DNA of 64,000 bases, taken from Massalongia carnosa. Taxonomy: Eukaryota. The position numbers and the translations under genes were made by a program. The notes under the pieces are model-generated. The model did no database searches, was not told the origin of the DNA, and worked only from the letters and a program-made list of their open reading frames with translations. Where the stretch lies: the NCBI GenBank assembly GCA_965645245.1, contig OZ287074.1:1364001-1428000 (forward strand), written 5' to 3'. Positions 38,112 to 49,734 of the stretch are shown in pieces (the first letter of the stretch is position 1; every line of letters starts with the position of its first letter).

Positions 38112-39094
38112 AATGTTTATCAAAAATGGAAGGCAATTGAAGCGGAAATACTCATGATGTTGGACGAAACAAAAAAAGGAAAAGGGGTAGAATTTAAACT
38201 TGAATAATCATAATCGATATTTATTTTTATTTTTTATTTTTTTGGGCAGCATGGTTAGTTCTTAGTTAAACGGCCATACACTACAGAGCAGTCCAGTTGA
38301 CGGAACGAGACTAAGAAAATAAAGTGGAGGTTTCAGCCCTACCCTGCAGGGTCTGTCCGCCCTACATTTACGGTGGCATCCAGAGTGCAGAGTACTCGGT
38401 AGGTTTCGCTAGCGCTCCATGACGATCGGGTGAAATCGGCCGGGATCAGTCGAGTGACTCTCCACCAATCATTCCCCCCCTTTTGATTTGGACATGACAT
38501 GGCGTTAACACCACTCGAAAACCATCGTGACCGTCGATTTGGATACACAATACGGGAAGACGTACTCAGCACTCCAATCACTTGATACATCCTCTCAACA
38601 CTTACTCTTGATACTAAGCAGTGGTAACTACTGCCAATACCACGGTATTTGGAACATTTGGTATTCTGAGAATCCATTGCAACAGTAGGGACGGATGCGT
38701 GCATATTAAATACTCGTATGGAATGAGTGTGCTTGGTTTGCTTGTCGACAGACTCATCGTCGTCACCTGTTCGTGGCACCGTGTTTACGCGAGAAGTCGT
38801 CTGATGGCGTCGGTTTGATAGAATTCTTCCCCTTGATGCATAGCCATAATGAAGAACAGCTGGAAAGAACGAACACGAGGACGGTGATATTCACTTCCGG
38901 TTCATTTGATTCATTGAATTTCCGTATCAATAATCGTTCATCTGGATATCCTGCATATCTGTGATCCCAACCCCATAATCACACGTTTATACTCTTCGGA
39001 ATCTACGATTTTGGGTCACCGACAACGCTTTCTCTCCTTGCATGTTAGAGGCTTGTCCGTCGGATCCATCAAGCATTCAACAAACGTCGTCGAA

Positions 39095-40989
39095 ATGGCG
39101 GATCAAACAAGCCCTGTCGAGCATGGTGACAAAACCATGGAGGCTGACAAGGCTTTAAAGAATCTAGTTGTCAATGACAAAACAGTTATTAATGGTGAAG
39201 CTATCGAGAACCCTCAGGGTGATACCAACCGGGACACAGCATGTGAACGGCAAGATGAAACGAAAGGTCTCAAACCATCCCCAGACACAGATGAACCAGC
39301 TCCAGAAAAGCCAAATCTTGAGCCCTTGCTGCCTGAAGGCGAAGAACAAGAAGAGGAAGATGATACAACGGAGCAAGATGCAAACCAGCAGAACGTTGCA
39401 ATTACGGGCGTGGGCGTGGGCGTGGGCGTGGGTGTTGGCGTGGCTAAAAAGAAGAAAAAGTCGAAGAGGAAGAGCAAAAGCAAACGAGGACTGGTAATAG
39501 CCAACTCCACACTTGATTTCATGAACGTAGCTCAATGACGTGTGGTAAAGACAGCGCCTACTGGATTTGAGGAGTTTTACGTTGATGCCCCTGTCACATC
39601 AGCCGAGTATGAAGAAGAAAAAGGCCTGTATCATGAGTGAGTAGGCTGAACGGCGCCGGTTTGTACAGCTGCTAACATTCGCAGATCTCTTGCGTTTACA
39701 GAGTAAGTCGGGGTGTTTGCTTCCCCGTCACAGCTATGTTCTAACTGCTACGCTGTATTAGGCGAATCCAAACAGCCATCCAGCGCTACTTCGCCAAACG
39801 TAATCTTAACTCTGAACGCAAAGATGTCTTTGATAAGTACATGTCATATGGCGGCATCGACGCCGGACCCAAGCAGTTTACCGGCGGCCTGGACGCCCAC
39901 ACGCTCACCAATAGCACGGCTGCAGAGATCGCAAATATAAACGCCACCCACTTCGCTCCCAGTGGTAGGGGCAGCCAAGATGATCCTGAATACGTGGTAG
40001 ATTTTGAAGCTTGCGCTAAAGGTTTCCTGTAAGTCATCGTCGACCTCAGCCACATCGACCCCAGATCCTTACAAACTTCAAACCACAGATCCTCCCGCCT
40101 CCCTGCATGCTTCGATCTGCATACCCAGCAGCGCATCAAAGACTTCACGGCCATTCCTCGCAACTTTCTCAACTATCTTCTCCACCATGACGTCTGCCCC
40201 GAATACGCGGATCAAATCCACGCCGCCCGCCATGTCTGCGGCCTAGCCGAACAGCAGCTCTGGCAAATCGCTCAGGTCAACATGCTCCTGCCAGGCGACT
40301 TCAACCGCGCTTGCTCCGAAATCTTTGGCGGCATGTATCAGGGTCTCTACATGGGCAACCAGGCATGGGCCGCAGGCATGGATTCGGACATTGCCCTGAG
40401 CCCCGAGACGTCCCGCAAGACGTTCCACATAGCCTTCGCTGCGCTGGCGTCGCAAGAGATGTTTGAAAAGTACCGGGTTCAGGCCACAAACCATAGCATT
40501 GAAGTCACTTCCGTCTTCGACGCCAGCCTCGAGGTCACGGCGTTGATCCCCGCCACCAAGGAAACCCGCAGCATGTACAAACGACCCCAATGCGCCGGCC
40601 TCAAGCCCGTGGGGCGGATGAAGGCGAAAACGTGGCACAACCCCATCGGCGACGACTTCGACCTGACCGTGGAAGAAGAACAAGAACAGGAGCGGGAACA
40701 GGCCAAACACCCCCAACAGCCGACAGGAAGCAACGAGGAGGAATACGAGTTCTGGATCGAGGACGATCTGCTGCGCTGCTGCTTCGTCGGGATGAAATTC
40801 GAGACGCGCGTGCACCGGACGAGTTTCGGGGTGGATTATTTCGATGCCATGGTGGGGGTGTGGTGCGACTTCTACACGGTGCTGCCGAATGAGCTGGTCA
40901 TAGGGTGGCGGGATCCGGGGCCGAGGTTGCCCATGCGGGAGACGCATGTGGAAGGGGGTGGAGATGAAGATGGAGAGGGAGAGGGATAG
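39095..40989 (+). CDS. arb1: Argonaute siRNA chaperone complex subunit Arb1-like, multi-exon
   Basis: Poly-K stretch then PTGFEEFYVDAP.T..EYEEE..LY, RIQTAIQRY, FDKYM.YGGID.GPKQFTGG, VVDFE..AKGFL and PGDFNRACS.IFGG. Confidence 0.82.
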
Positions 40990-41615
40990 GGAGAGCAAGA
41001 GGATGGAGGAGGAGGGCCGGCTGAGGATTGAGAACGGGACAGAAGTGGTTGGGGGTTTACAAGCTGCCTCCTTGCGAAGGGGTAAGCGGTTTGGCATGGC
41101 ATGGCGTACATGGTTGGGTCGAGCGAGCATCCGAGGAAGAGAAAGAAAGCTTCACGAACTCGTTGACACGCACGCACGCGATGGACATGAAATAGGGATC
41201 ACACACGCGCGAGCTTCCAGCTCGTTGGATTGATTCCCAATCCTTCCCTTCTCCCCCCCCCCCTCCACCTCCGTTCCCCCCATTAGCATCACGTAAAGAA
41301 AAAAAGAAAAACAGCAGGGCAGCATCTACCCAACCCAGTCGAGGACACAAGGAAAGGCGAATAATGGAAGTAGAGGCGCATACTCATCCCCCCCCCCAAG
41401 TACCAGCGGATCTTTTTTCTTCGGGGGGGTTTTGTTTCCAGAAAGAGAAAGAGAATTCGCATAGGTATGAGAGCTGGAATTTTGCTCATGCTAAAAATGG
41501 GATGGATGGATATACTTAGCTGTGGGAAGCACGAGGGCTACTGCTACCCAAAAGCTCGAGTCTTATCCCCCTCCCCTCGCCCTTTCTCCTAAAACTTACC
41601 TAGCTAGCTAGCTTG

Positions 41616-43005
41616 CTAGGGCTTGAGCAGTAACTTTCCCGTCGTTTTCCGGCTCTCGATGTCCTGCACCGCCCCCGCCCCAGGAGGTTAGCTGAATGAA
41701 TGAATGAAACTGGCCGATTCTCTGAAATGCGTTTCCTTTTTCCTTGTTGAAGCAAAGCGAGCCTTGATGTGATCGTCGGTCTCTCTCTACACCGCTTATG
41801 CTCTCCCCCTTTCCCTCCCAAAACTTTCCAAGTTTCGCTTGGGGAAACCTGCTTTGGGGAAAACTTAAGAAGAAAGAAAAAAGAACTTACCGTATGCGCC
41901 CTCTTCACGTCCGCCAGCGGATAGACCTCATGCACGCGCACACTAAACGCCTTCTCGCCCACCAGCCGGAACAGCTCCGTCGCGTACGGTTCCAGCTCGG
42001 CGCGCGTGTAGACATAATTGTTCAAGCTAGGTCGCGCGATCTTGACGTTCTTCTGGGCGAGTTTCCTATTTTTTTCACAAGTATGTGAGCGGATAGGGGG
42101 GGAACGAGTGCTTGAAGAAGAAGAAGAAGGAGCTGAAGGAACGGAAAGACCTGCAAAGAACCTACGAAATGGCGAAAGGGGGCACAGCGCCACTGGCGTT
42201 GCCGAAACTGATGAGCGAGCCTTTGCGCGCGACGCACTCGAGGCTGCGGTCGAAGGTCGCTTTGCCCACACCGTCGAAGACGACGCGAACGCCCTGGTTG
42301 TTGGTGTGGTAGAGTACGATTTTCAGGACATCTTCCTTGCCGTCGTCCACGACCACTATTTCCGCGCCCGCCTCCTTCGCGACCTCCACTTTCCCCTGCG
42401 AACCCACCACGGCGATCGTGTGCGCGCCCTTGGCCCGCAGGACCTGGCAGAGCCACCCCCCCACCCCCCCGCTTGCCGCAAGCACAAGCACCCAATCCTC
42501 TCGTTCGACCTTGTGAGCCTCCTCTACCAGCGAGAGAGCCGTTAAGCCTTGCAGATAAGCGGCGCCGGCAACTTCAGATGTAACTTCTGGAGGAATCTTG
42601 ACAGCTTTGCTAGCAGGGACGACGCTGAATTCGGCGTAGGAGGCGCCACCCATCCAGACGACGCGGTCGCCAGGAGAGAAAGAAGGTGAATTTGGGGAGA
42701 AGGGTCCGAGGGAGATAACGCGGCTGGCGGCTTCTTGGCCCAGGATTCGGGGCTTCGGGGAGGGGTAGAGGCCGCTGCGGAAGTAGCTGGGTTTCCCCAA
42801 GCAAGGGGGTTAATTGGGGTTTAAGCACGAGGAGGGGGTAGGGGGGTTACGTGTCAATGTAGTTGACACCGATATATTCATTTTTGACAAGGAGATCGCC
42901 ATCTTGGGGCACAGGAACGGGCAGGTTGGTTCGGTACTGCAGGACTTCGATCCCGCCTGTTTCTTCAATAAGCACGCCATTCATGGTCTTGGGGATGTCC
43001 GACAT
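41616..43005 (-). CDS. ZTA1: NADPH:quinone oxidoreductase (zeta-crystallin, MDR family), multi-exon
   Basis: GVNYIDT|YFRSGLY, LQGLTA, AASGGVG, VFDGVGKATF, SFGNASG and DIESRKTTGKLLL. Confidence 0.9.
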
Positions 43006-43122
43006 TGCTACTGCGATGCTGAAAGCTTTGGCATATATGACCGTAGAAGACAGACAAGCGGGGTCAGGGTGGTTAGGTCTGTTTATAAGGCGCGCAGGAG
43101 AGAATCACATCCTTTAAGATGA

Positions 43123-44493
43123 TTGCCTCAGTACCTCAGACGTGCCCGACTAAGCCCCTTCGGGTTAGTCTTACAGAACGTTAAGCCCCTTCGGGTTAAC
43201 AGGCTGACTACGCAGCACATCTGTAGCAAGTCTGAGCTTGCCTCAGTACCTCAGACGTGCCCGGCTAAGCCCCTTCGGGTTAGCCTTACAGAACGTTAAG
43301 CCCCTTCGGGTTAACAGGCTGACTACGCAGCACATCTGTAGCAAGTCTGAGCCCAAAACTCAAGATTACGGTCAGATATGGCTTAACGATCATGACAAGA
43401 ACGATTTCGACCTTATAGTACAACGTCACAACTTCATTGTTTTCATGTTTGTAACGTCGTCGTCGCTTGATATGATCATGATCAATGTATTTTTGATTTT
43501 TTCGTTATAAATTTCAATCTTTATTTATGTTTATAACGTGCAGAGCAATTTTACATACATCTTGTTATTTTCGTTAAGTCGATTCTCGATTTCTATGCGA
43601 AGTGCAATCAGATTGCCCCACATGAACTTTACAACGAACAGGAATTTCAGAAAAATTTCTATACAAATTCTGCTTGAAGTCTTTCGAAGAAATAGCCCGT
43701 GTCAAACGAAAAAGCAAGACGTCAAAATGTCGAAAAATCGCAATAATACACGATTTATTACGAATATCTGACCGTAATATTTAGTTTTGCGCTCAGACGT
43801 GCTATCGCAGCCACGTTAGTCAGCTGGGACGCTAATCCGAAGGAGCTTAGCTAAATAGGCTAACCCGGAGGGGCTTAGACGGCTCCTAGAGCCACGCACG
43901 TCTGAGGTACTGAGGCAAGTCTGAGCCCAAAACTCAAGATTACGGTCAGATATGGCTTAACGATCATGACAAGAACGATTTCGACCTTATAGTAAAACGT
44001 CACAACTTCATTGTTTTCATGTTTGTAACGTCGTCGTCGCTTGATATGATCATGATCAATGTATTTTTGAATTTTTCGTTATAAATTTCAATATTTATTT
44101 ATGTTTATAACGTGCAGAGCAATTTTACATACATCTTGTTATTTTCGTTAAGTCGATTCTCGATTTCTATGCGAAGTGCAATCAGATTGCCCCACATGAA
44201 CTTTACAACGAACAGGAATTTCAGAAAACTTTCTATACAAATTCTACTTGAATTCTTTCGAAGAAATAGCCCGTGTCAAACGAAAAAGCAAGACGTCAAA
44301 ATGTCGAAAATTTGCAATAATACACGATTTATTACGAATATCTGACCGTAATATTTAGTTTTGCGCTCAGACGTGCTATCGCAGCCACGTTAGTCAGCTG
44401 GGACGCTAATCCGAAGGAGCTTAGCGAAATAGGCTAACCCGGAGGGGCTTAGACGGCTCCTAGAGCCCACGCACGTCTGAGGTACTGAGGCAA
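43123..44493 (+). mobile_element. Non-autonomous MITE of the AcademH-like family (outer copy, 682 bp once the nested copy is removed)
   Basis: TTGCCTCAGTACCTCAGACGTGC...GCACGTCTGAGGTACTGAGGCAA termini. TSD TAAGATGA at 43115-43122 and 44494-44501. Confidence 0.93.
43238..43918 (+). mobile_element. Nested MITE copy (681 bp) inserted in the outer copy
   Basis: Has its own complete termini and TSD GTCTGAGC (43230-43237 and 43919-43926). About 12 differences from the outer copy. Confidence 0.9.
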
Positions 44494-44759
44494 TAAGATG
44501 ATGGTGGGGGGTCGTTGATTAGTCAGCGACGGCCCTTCAATCGATAACGTCAACAAGGGCCACGTGATCACTTGCATTGAAAGCAAAAGTCTCAAAACAT
44601 GCTAGTACGTTACTTAAGCTAAACATCACGTGTCTCCATCACTCGTTAATGAAAATGCCTATGCCCGGATAGGTATCTATTGGTGACGTCGATTCAATAC
44701 ACCACAATGCTATTACGAATGAAACGGAGATCGGGACTGCTGAAACTGATTATGCAGCC

Positions 44760-46067
44760 ATGGAGGTGATCGTCAATGCAATGGAAAACGAAACAGAAAG
44801 CCTCCCTTTACCGCTAAGTCCAAATCATGAAGCTAGAGTTTCAGCGTTGATGGATGCTCTTGCCAATGAAGAAGACGAAGACGAAGACGATGAAGTGGAT
44901 GATGGACTGGGGAAAGTGGTGGTGGAATACGACATGTACCTGAACAATCCTAGCAAACGACTTCTGCTTCTACAATACCCCAATCGAGAGCCTGGTCAAT
45001 CCTACAGCGATAAAACTGGAAACAAACCTCTAGAGTTGCGTATCAAACCTAAATGTGGTCTTGTGGAGGTTGATATCCCATTGAGCGTCCATGCCAATTT
45101 CGACAGGCACAAGGGCATAAACTTTGGGGCGGCAATGCGGAAGAGCCAAACCCTACAAGAAGGCGGTTCTTATGGGCTGTCTGGAGGGTTAAAGACTGCT
45201 GTTGGGCTTGGACCTGGACCGAGGGGTCAGCCTAGAAACAATGACCAAGAATCCGCACTAGAGGATGTTTCGCAGGACATGCTGCTAGACAACTTCGAAG
45301 AAGCAAATCAAAAAGGACACATTATGAACAAAATCATTCTCGGTGGCCAGATTGTCCCTTGGAAAGATGGGGATCCGATCTACATGATAGGAGTATTCCG
45401 AGGAAGTGAGCAAGCACCTTTTCGTCGACTAGCGTGTTCACGTGTCCTGTTCCTACGATAATGACACCCAAGGCAGACAAAGTATTTCTCAGCAAACTGG
45501 ACGCAATGGTTCAACTCCGACCACAGTTCAACCATTTAGATGCGCTAGGCGATCTAGACAAACAAGCCGTGAACCCCCGATCTAGAGGAGGCGCAGAAGA
45601 CGCTGCCGAAGAGCCGCAAGCAAGGGCTGTCAACATGACTGTCAAATCGACCGAGGTGGACGATATGGACGGGTATGGAGATACGAGTGAAACTGCCCGG
45701 CTGTTGAAAGCTATGCGAGAAGAACCATGGCAGCGTTTGGGCTGGATTGATTCCGAAGTGCGGTGTTCTTTTTCAATAGTGCAACAATGAAAGCTAACAC
45801 TCGCAGGACGACCATTCATACAGGATCTTCAACGATGAATTATTCATCCAAGACCCAGAGGCCGCGCCAACGCTGGTATCTACAATGACCGATGAGCAAT
45901 GGTTGGACGCTATCAGCTGTCCTCGCGTAGACCCCATCAATCAAGGCAAGAAGGTTATGAGACGGCTAAATATGGACAGTGATTTCTCTGATGATGACGA
46001 TGAGGATAAAAATCACAAGGGGCGAAGAGGTGCTAAAGGTGACCAATCCGATCAGGATAATGAATAG
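44760..46067 (+). CDS. RPC37: RNA polymerase III subunit Rpc5/C37 (Sin-like), 3 exons; start uncertain
   Basis: VVVEYDMYL, LLLLQYPNR, RIKPKCGLVEVDIPL, YMIGVFRG and VQLRPQFNHLD. Confidence 0.8.
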
Positions 46068-46755
46068 TATCTATGATCACGGATAATCTTGAAGCCGCCG
46101 CCAGGTCCAAGACGTGCAATGAGTTTACGCCCTCGCAAAACCGTACGCTCCGTTATTGTTTGCTATTTAATGGCATAGCGATAGGTGTTTGGAAGATTCT
46201 GAGATACCCATAGATCGCATGTAAAACAAGTACCATCCGATCTCGGAGGTGCAAGTAAGGAAGCTTAGCTTTGAAGGATATAATCACGTCTACAGGCAGG
46301 CCCTTTTCTGCTCGAGATTTTCAAGCCCCAGAATTGATTTGTTGAGACTGCAGCTCTCTAATCACTGAAAACGAGTACATACCGATCATGGCTCAACTTT
46401 CTCTATTTCGATATTGTATCATTATAGCCAGAAAGCATACCAAGCCTAATTTGATAGCGAGCTAGATCCAAAGCAGTATAACTGCTGCTGACAAATCAAG
46501 TTTATCCTTGCTTGATAGGATAAACTAGTATGCCCGTTGATTTACAATGTACCATTTGGTAATAGTGCGGATTTGTGTATCAGGATAAACTCTTTGTAAC
46601 AATTTGCACCGTACAATAGAGTACTTCGTACGTAAATCAGCCGTTTTTAATACTGCGCTATGCATCGACGCTAACTAGCCGAGTCGCTGTCATGCAGCAG
46701 CCACTGCCGCGTCGGGATGACGAAGTCCCGATGTCCAAGTTAATCGCGAATAACT

Positions 46756-48328
46756 ATGTCTCTGCCAGGTCTTCAGCTAAACGCACCCACAGAGCCTGTG
46801 CTGGCAACAACATTTCATGATATAGCAGAAAATACCGAATGGAGGTTTGAAGCCGCGTTTGGCTACAAAATTGAAGTCAAGGTGGGTCAATTGGACTTGG
46901 CGCGTATCCTTCGGAAGCCTTTAAAAGACGCTAATTTGGTTGCGGGATCTGCGCAGCTTCTTACCGGAGATGCTGAGCTCTTTGGGACCGAGTTGGCACC
47001 AAAGCAAACATACACCTTCACTGGCACCAAGGCAGCAATATACACCTGGCATGGGTGTCGAATCGAGGTGGTGGGCGAATGCCAAGCCGAGTATCTCGCT
47101 GAAGAGACCCCCATGACGAGCTACGCAAACCTGCATTTTGGACTGGAGCGGCTACGCAGTCTGGTCACTGCTGATGGGGCTGATGGTCCTAGGGTGCTGC
47201 TCTTGGGCCCGGAGAATGCTGGGAAAACAAGTCTGGCCAAGCTTCTGACCGCATACGCGACGAAAGCGGGTCGAGAGCCTGTGACGGTAAATCTTGATAC
47301 AAAGGAAGGCATGCTAAGCATACCAGGAACCTTGACTGCAGCATCTTTCTCGTCTATTGTTGATGTTGAACAAGGCTGGGGAACCGGCCCTACTAGCGGA
47401 CCTAGCCAAGTCCCCGTCAAATTGCCCCTCGTCTACTTCTACGGCATGGCAAATCCAGAGGAAAATGCGCCTCTTTACAAAGCAATTGTTACCCGGCTAG
47501 CTGTATCCGTTGTGAGCAGATTGCAGGATGAGCAGGGAGCAAAGGAGGCTGGCTGCATCATCGACACGCCAGGGATTATTAGCCAGGGGAAAGGAGGCTA
47601 CGACGTGATTCAGCATATCGTTTCTGAGTTTTCAGGTTAGTATCTCGGTCTTGAGAGCTGAACTAGAAGGTTTTTTGCTAAGCTTTATGATCTACAGTCA
47701 ACCTATTAGTAATCATCGGCTCTGAGCGACTGTATAGTGATATGCTACGGCGATATAATGGGCATAGCACTGGCGGTGGGGAGCCTATAACAATCGTCAA
47801 ATTGGACAAGTCCGGGGGATGCGTAGATCGAGATGATGGCTACATGCGGCAGTTTCGCCAGGCCCAAGTTCGTGAATATTTCTTTGGTGATGCCAAGAAC
47901 GACCTCAGCCCGCATACCCAACAACTCGACTTTAGTCAGCTCAATATCTACAAAATCGCCGAAAGTGAGTGGTACATGTCACCTTTTTTTTTCCCGCCAT
48001 CAATGCTAAACCTTTCCTCCTAGCCTCGACGCCTTCCACGTCGCTGCTCCCCGGAGGAGACGTAGAAGAGCCATCGGGACCTCCAATCTTCAACAAGGTG
48101 CCTCCTTCGCCCCAAATGCAGAACTCCATCCTCGCCCTCGTCCAAGCAAATCCAAACGACAACCAAGAAGCTATCCGGGATGCGAGCGTCGTAGGCTTTA
48201 TCTACGTGGCGGAAGTAGATGAAAAGAAAAAGAAGGTGAAAATTCTCGCCCCCATGAGCGGCCGATTGCCGGTCAAAGCGATGATCTGGGGCTCGTGGCC
48301 AGAAGACGTCGGGAGTTTGGTGGATTGA
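46756..48328 (+). CDS. CLP1: mRNA cleavage and polyadenylation factor Clp1, multi-exon
   Basis: EWRFE, GDAELFGTELA, AAIYTWHGC, P-loop GPENAGKTS, GCIIDTPG and KLDKSGGCVDRD. Confidence 0.94.
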
Positions 48329-49052
48329 TGGAAGAGATTTCGCCGATTTAGGGACATGACCCTCGTGGAGCGTCCTTCTGGTTCGTCTGTAATGGAGCGG
48401 TAGCCGCTTCTACTACTAGGAGAGCATTACAAACCAGGTAGAAAGCAAGAACAGCTCTTGCTGCGGAATGACGCGTTAACATCTCTCGATCTTCTGACAC
48501 TTTCGGTTCGCGTTTCTTACCAAGCATTATTTCTGTACAGAGGTAGATGGTCGAAATAATCAAAAGCAGCCATCATCGAATTCCTGCTACCTAGCCAAAC
48601 GTGTTAACTATCGAAACACGCCATGTTGCGTGCCGTTGTGGCTTTCCCCTGCAACGTGTTTTTGATCTCTCTATCATAGATAGGTATAATTGATTAATCC
48701 GCAATATATTTTACTTATGCCAGGTACATCAAAGCTAGCTATTCATTCTCTGAAAGACCGCCAAACTCTAGTTAGAAACTACGTACAGCCGGAACGTGAT
48801 ATCATGACCAAGCTCTACGATAGATAGATCGGTACTCTGTACACATCTCTCACGACATAACACCTGCGGCTGAGCGTGAAGAACGTGGTTGCATAGTTTT
48901 TCCATGTCGTTTTACCCAAGATCAACCAAACCATGCACCCATTTGCAGACGAGCGAGCTTTTGCTGATCATCTTCAACCTATGTATGTCAACCCGACGAT
49001 GGTTAGATGCCGAAATCAGCTGACAAAGCAATTTGCATCTACTACGGTGGAC

Positions 49053-49734
49053 TTGCCTCAGTACCTCAGACGTGCGTGGGCTCTAGGAGCCGTCTAAGCC
49101 CCTCCGGGTTAGCCTATTTCGCTAAGCTCCTTCGGATTAGCGTCCCAGCTGACTAACGTGGCTGCGATAGCACGTCTGAGCGCAAAACTAAATATTACGG
49201 TCAGATATTCGTAATAAATCGTGTATTATTGCAAATTTTCGACATTTTGACGTCTTGCTTTTTCGTTTGACACGGGCTATTTCTTCGAAAGAATTCAAGT
49301 AGAATTTGTATAGAAAGTTTTCTGAAATTCCTGTTCGTTGTAAAGTTCATGTGGGGCAATCTGATTGCACTTCGCATAGAAATCGAGAATCGACTTAACG
49401 AAAATAACAAGATGTATGTAAAATTGCTCTGCACGTTATAAACATAAATAAATATTGAAATTTATAACGAAAAATTCAAAAATACATTGATCATGATCAT
49501 ATCAAGCGACGACGACGTTACAAACATGAAAACAATGAAGTTGTGACGTTTTACTATAAGGTCGAAATCGTTCTTGTCATGATCGTTAAGCCATATCTGA
49601 CCGTAATCTTGAGTTTTGGGCTCAGACTTGCTACAGATGTGCTGCGTAGTCAGCCTGTTAACCCGAAGGGGCTTAACGTTCTGTAAGACTAACCCGAAGG
49701 GGCTTAGTCGGGCACGTCTGAGGTACTGAGGCAA
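49053..49734 (-). mobile_element. MITE copy (682 bp), inverted relative to the 43-44 kb copies
   Basis: Same termini. TSD CGGTGGAC at 49045-49052 and 49735-49742. Shares the diagnostic variants of the reconstituted outer copy. Confidence 0.94.

Noticed and set aside
43238..44345. Repeated short ORFs (MPQYLRR..., MQSNFTY...), also at 49201-49734 and 21942-22247
   Set aside because: Non-ATG starts and chance frames within the MITE or TIR sequence; they recur only because the element is repeated.
43123..44493. Tandem duplication or assembly artefact as the explanation for the doubled MITE
   Set aside because: The inner copy has its own two termini, an 8-bp TSD and distinct variants, and the outer halves rejoin to match the 49-kb copy.
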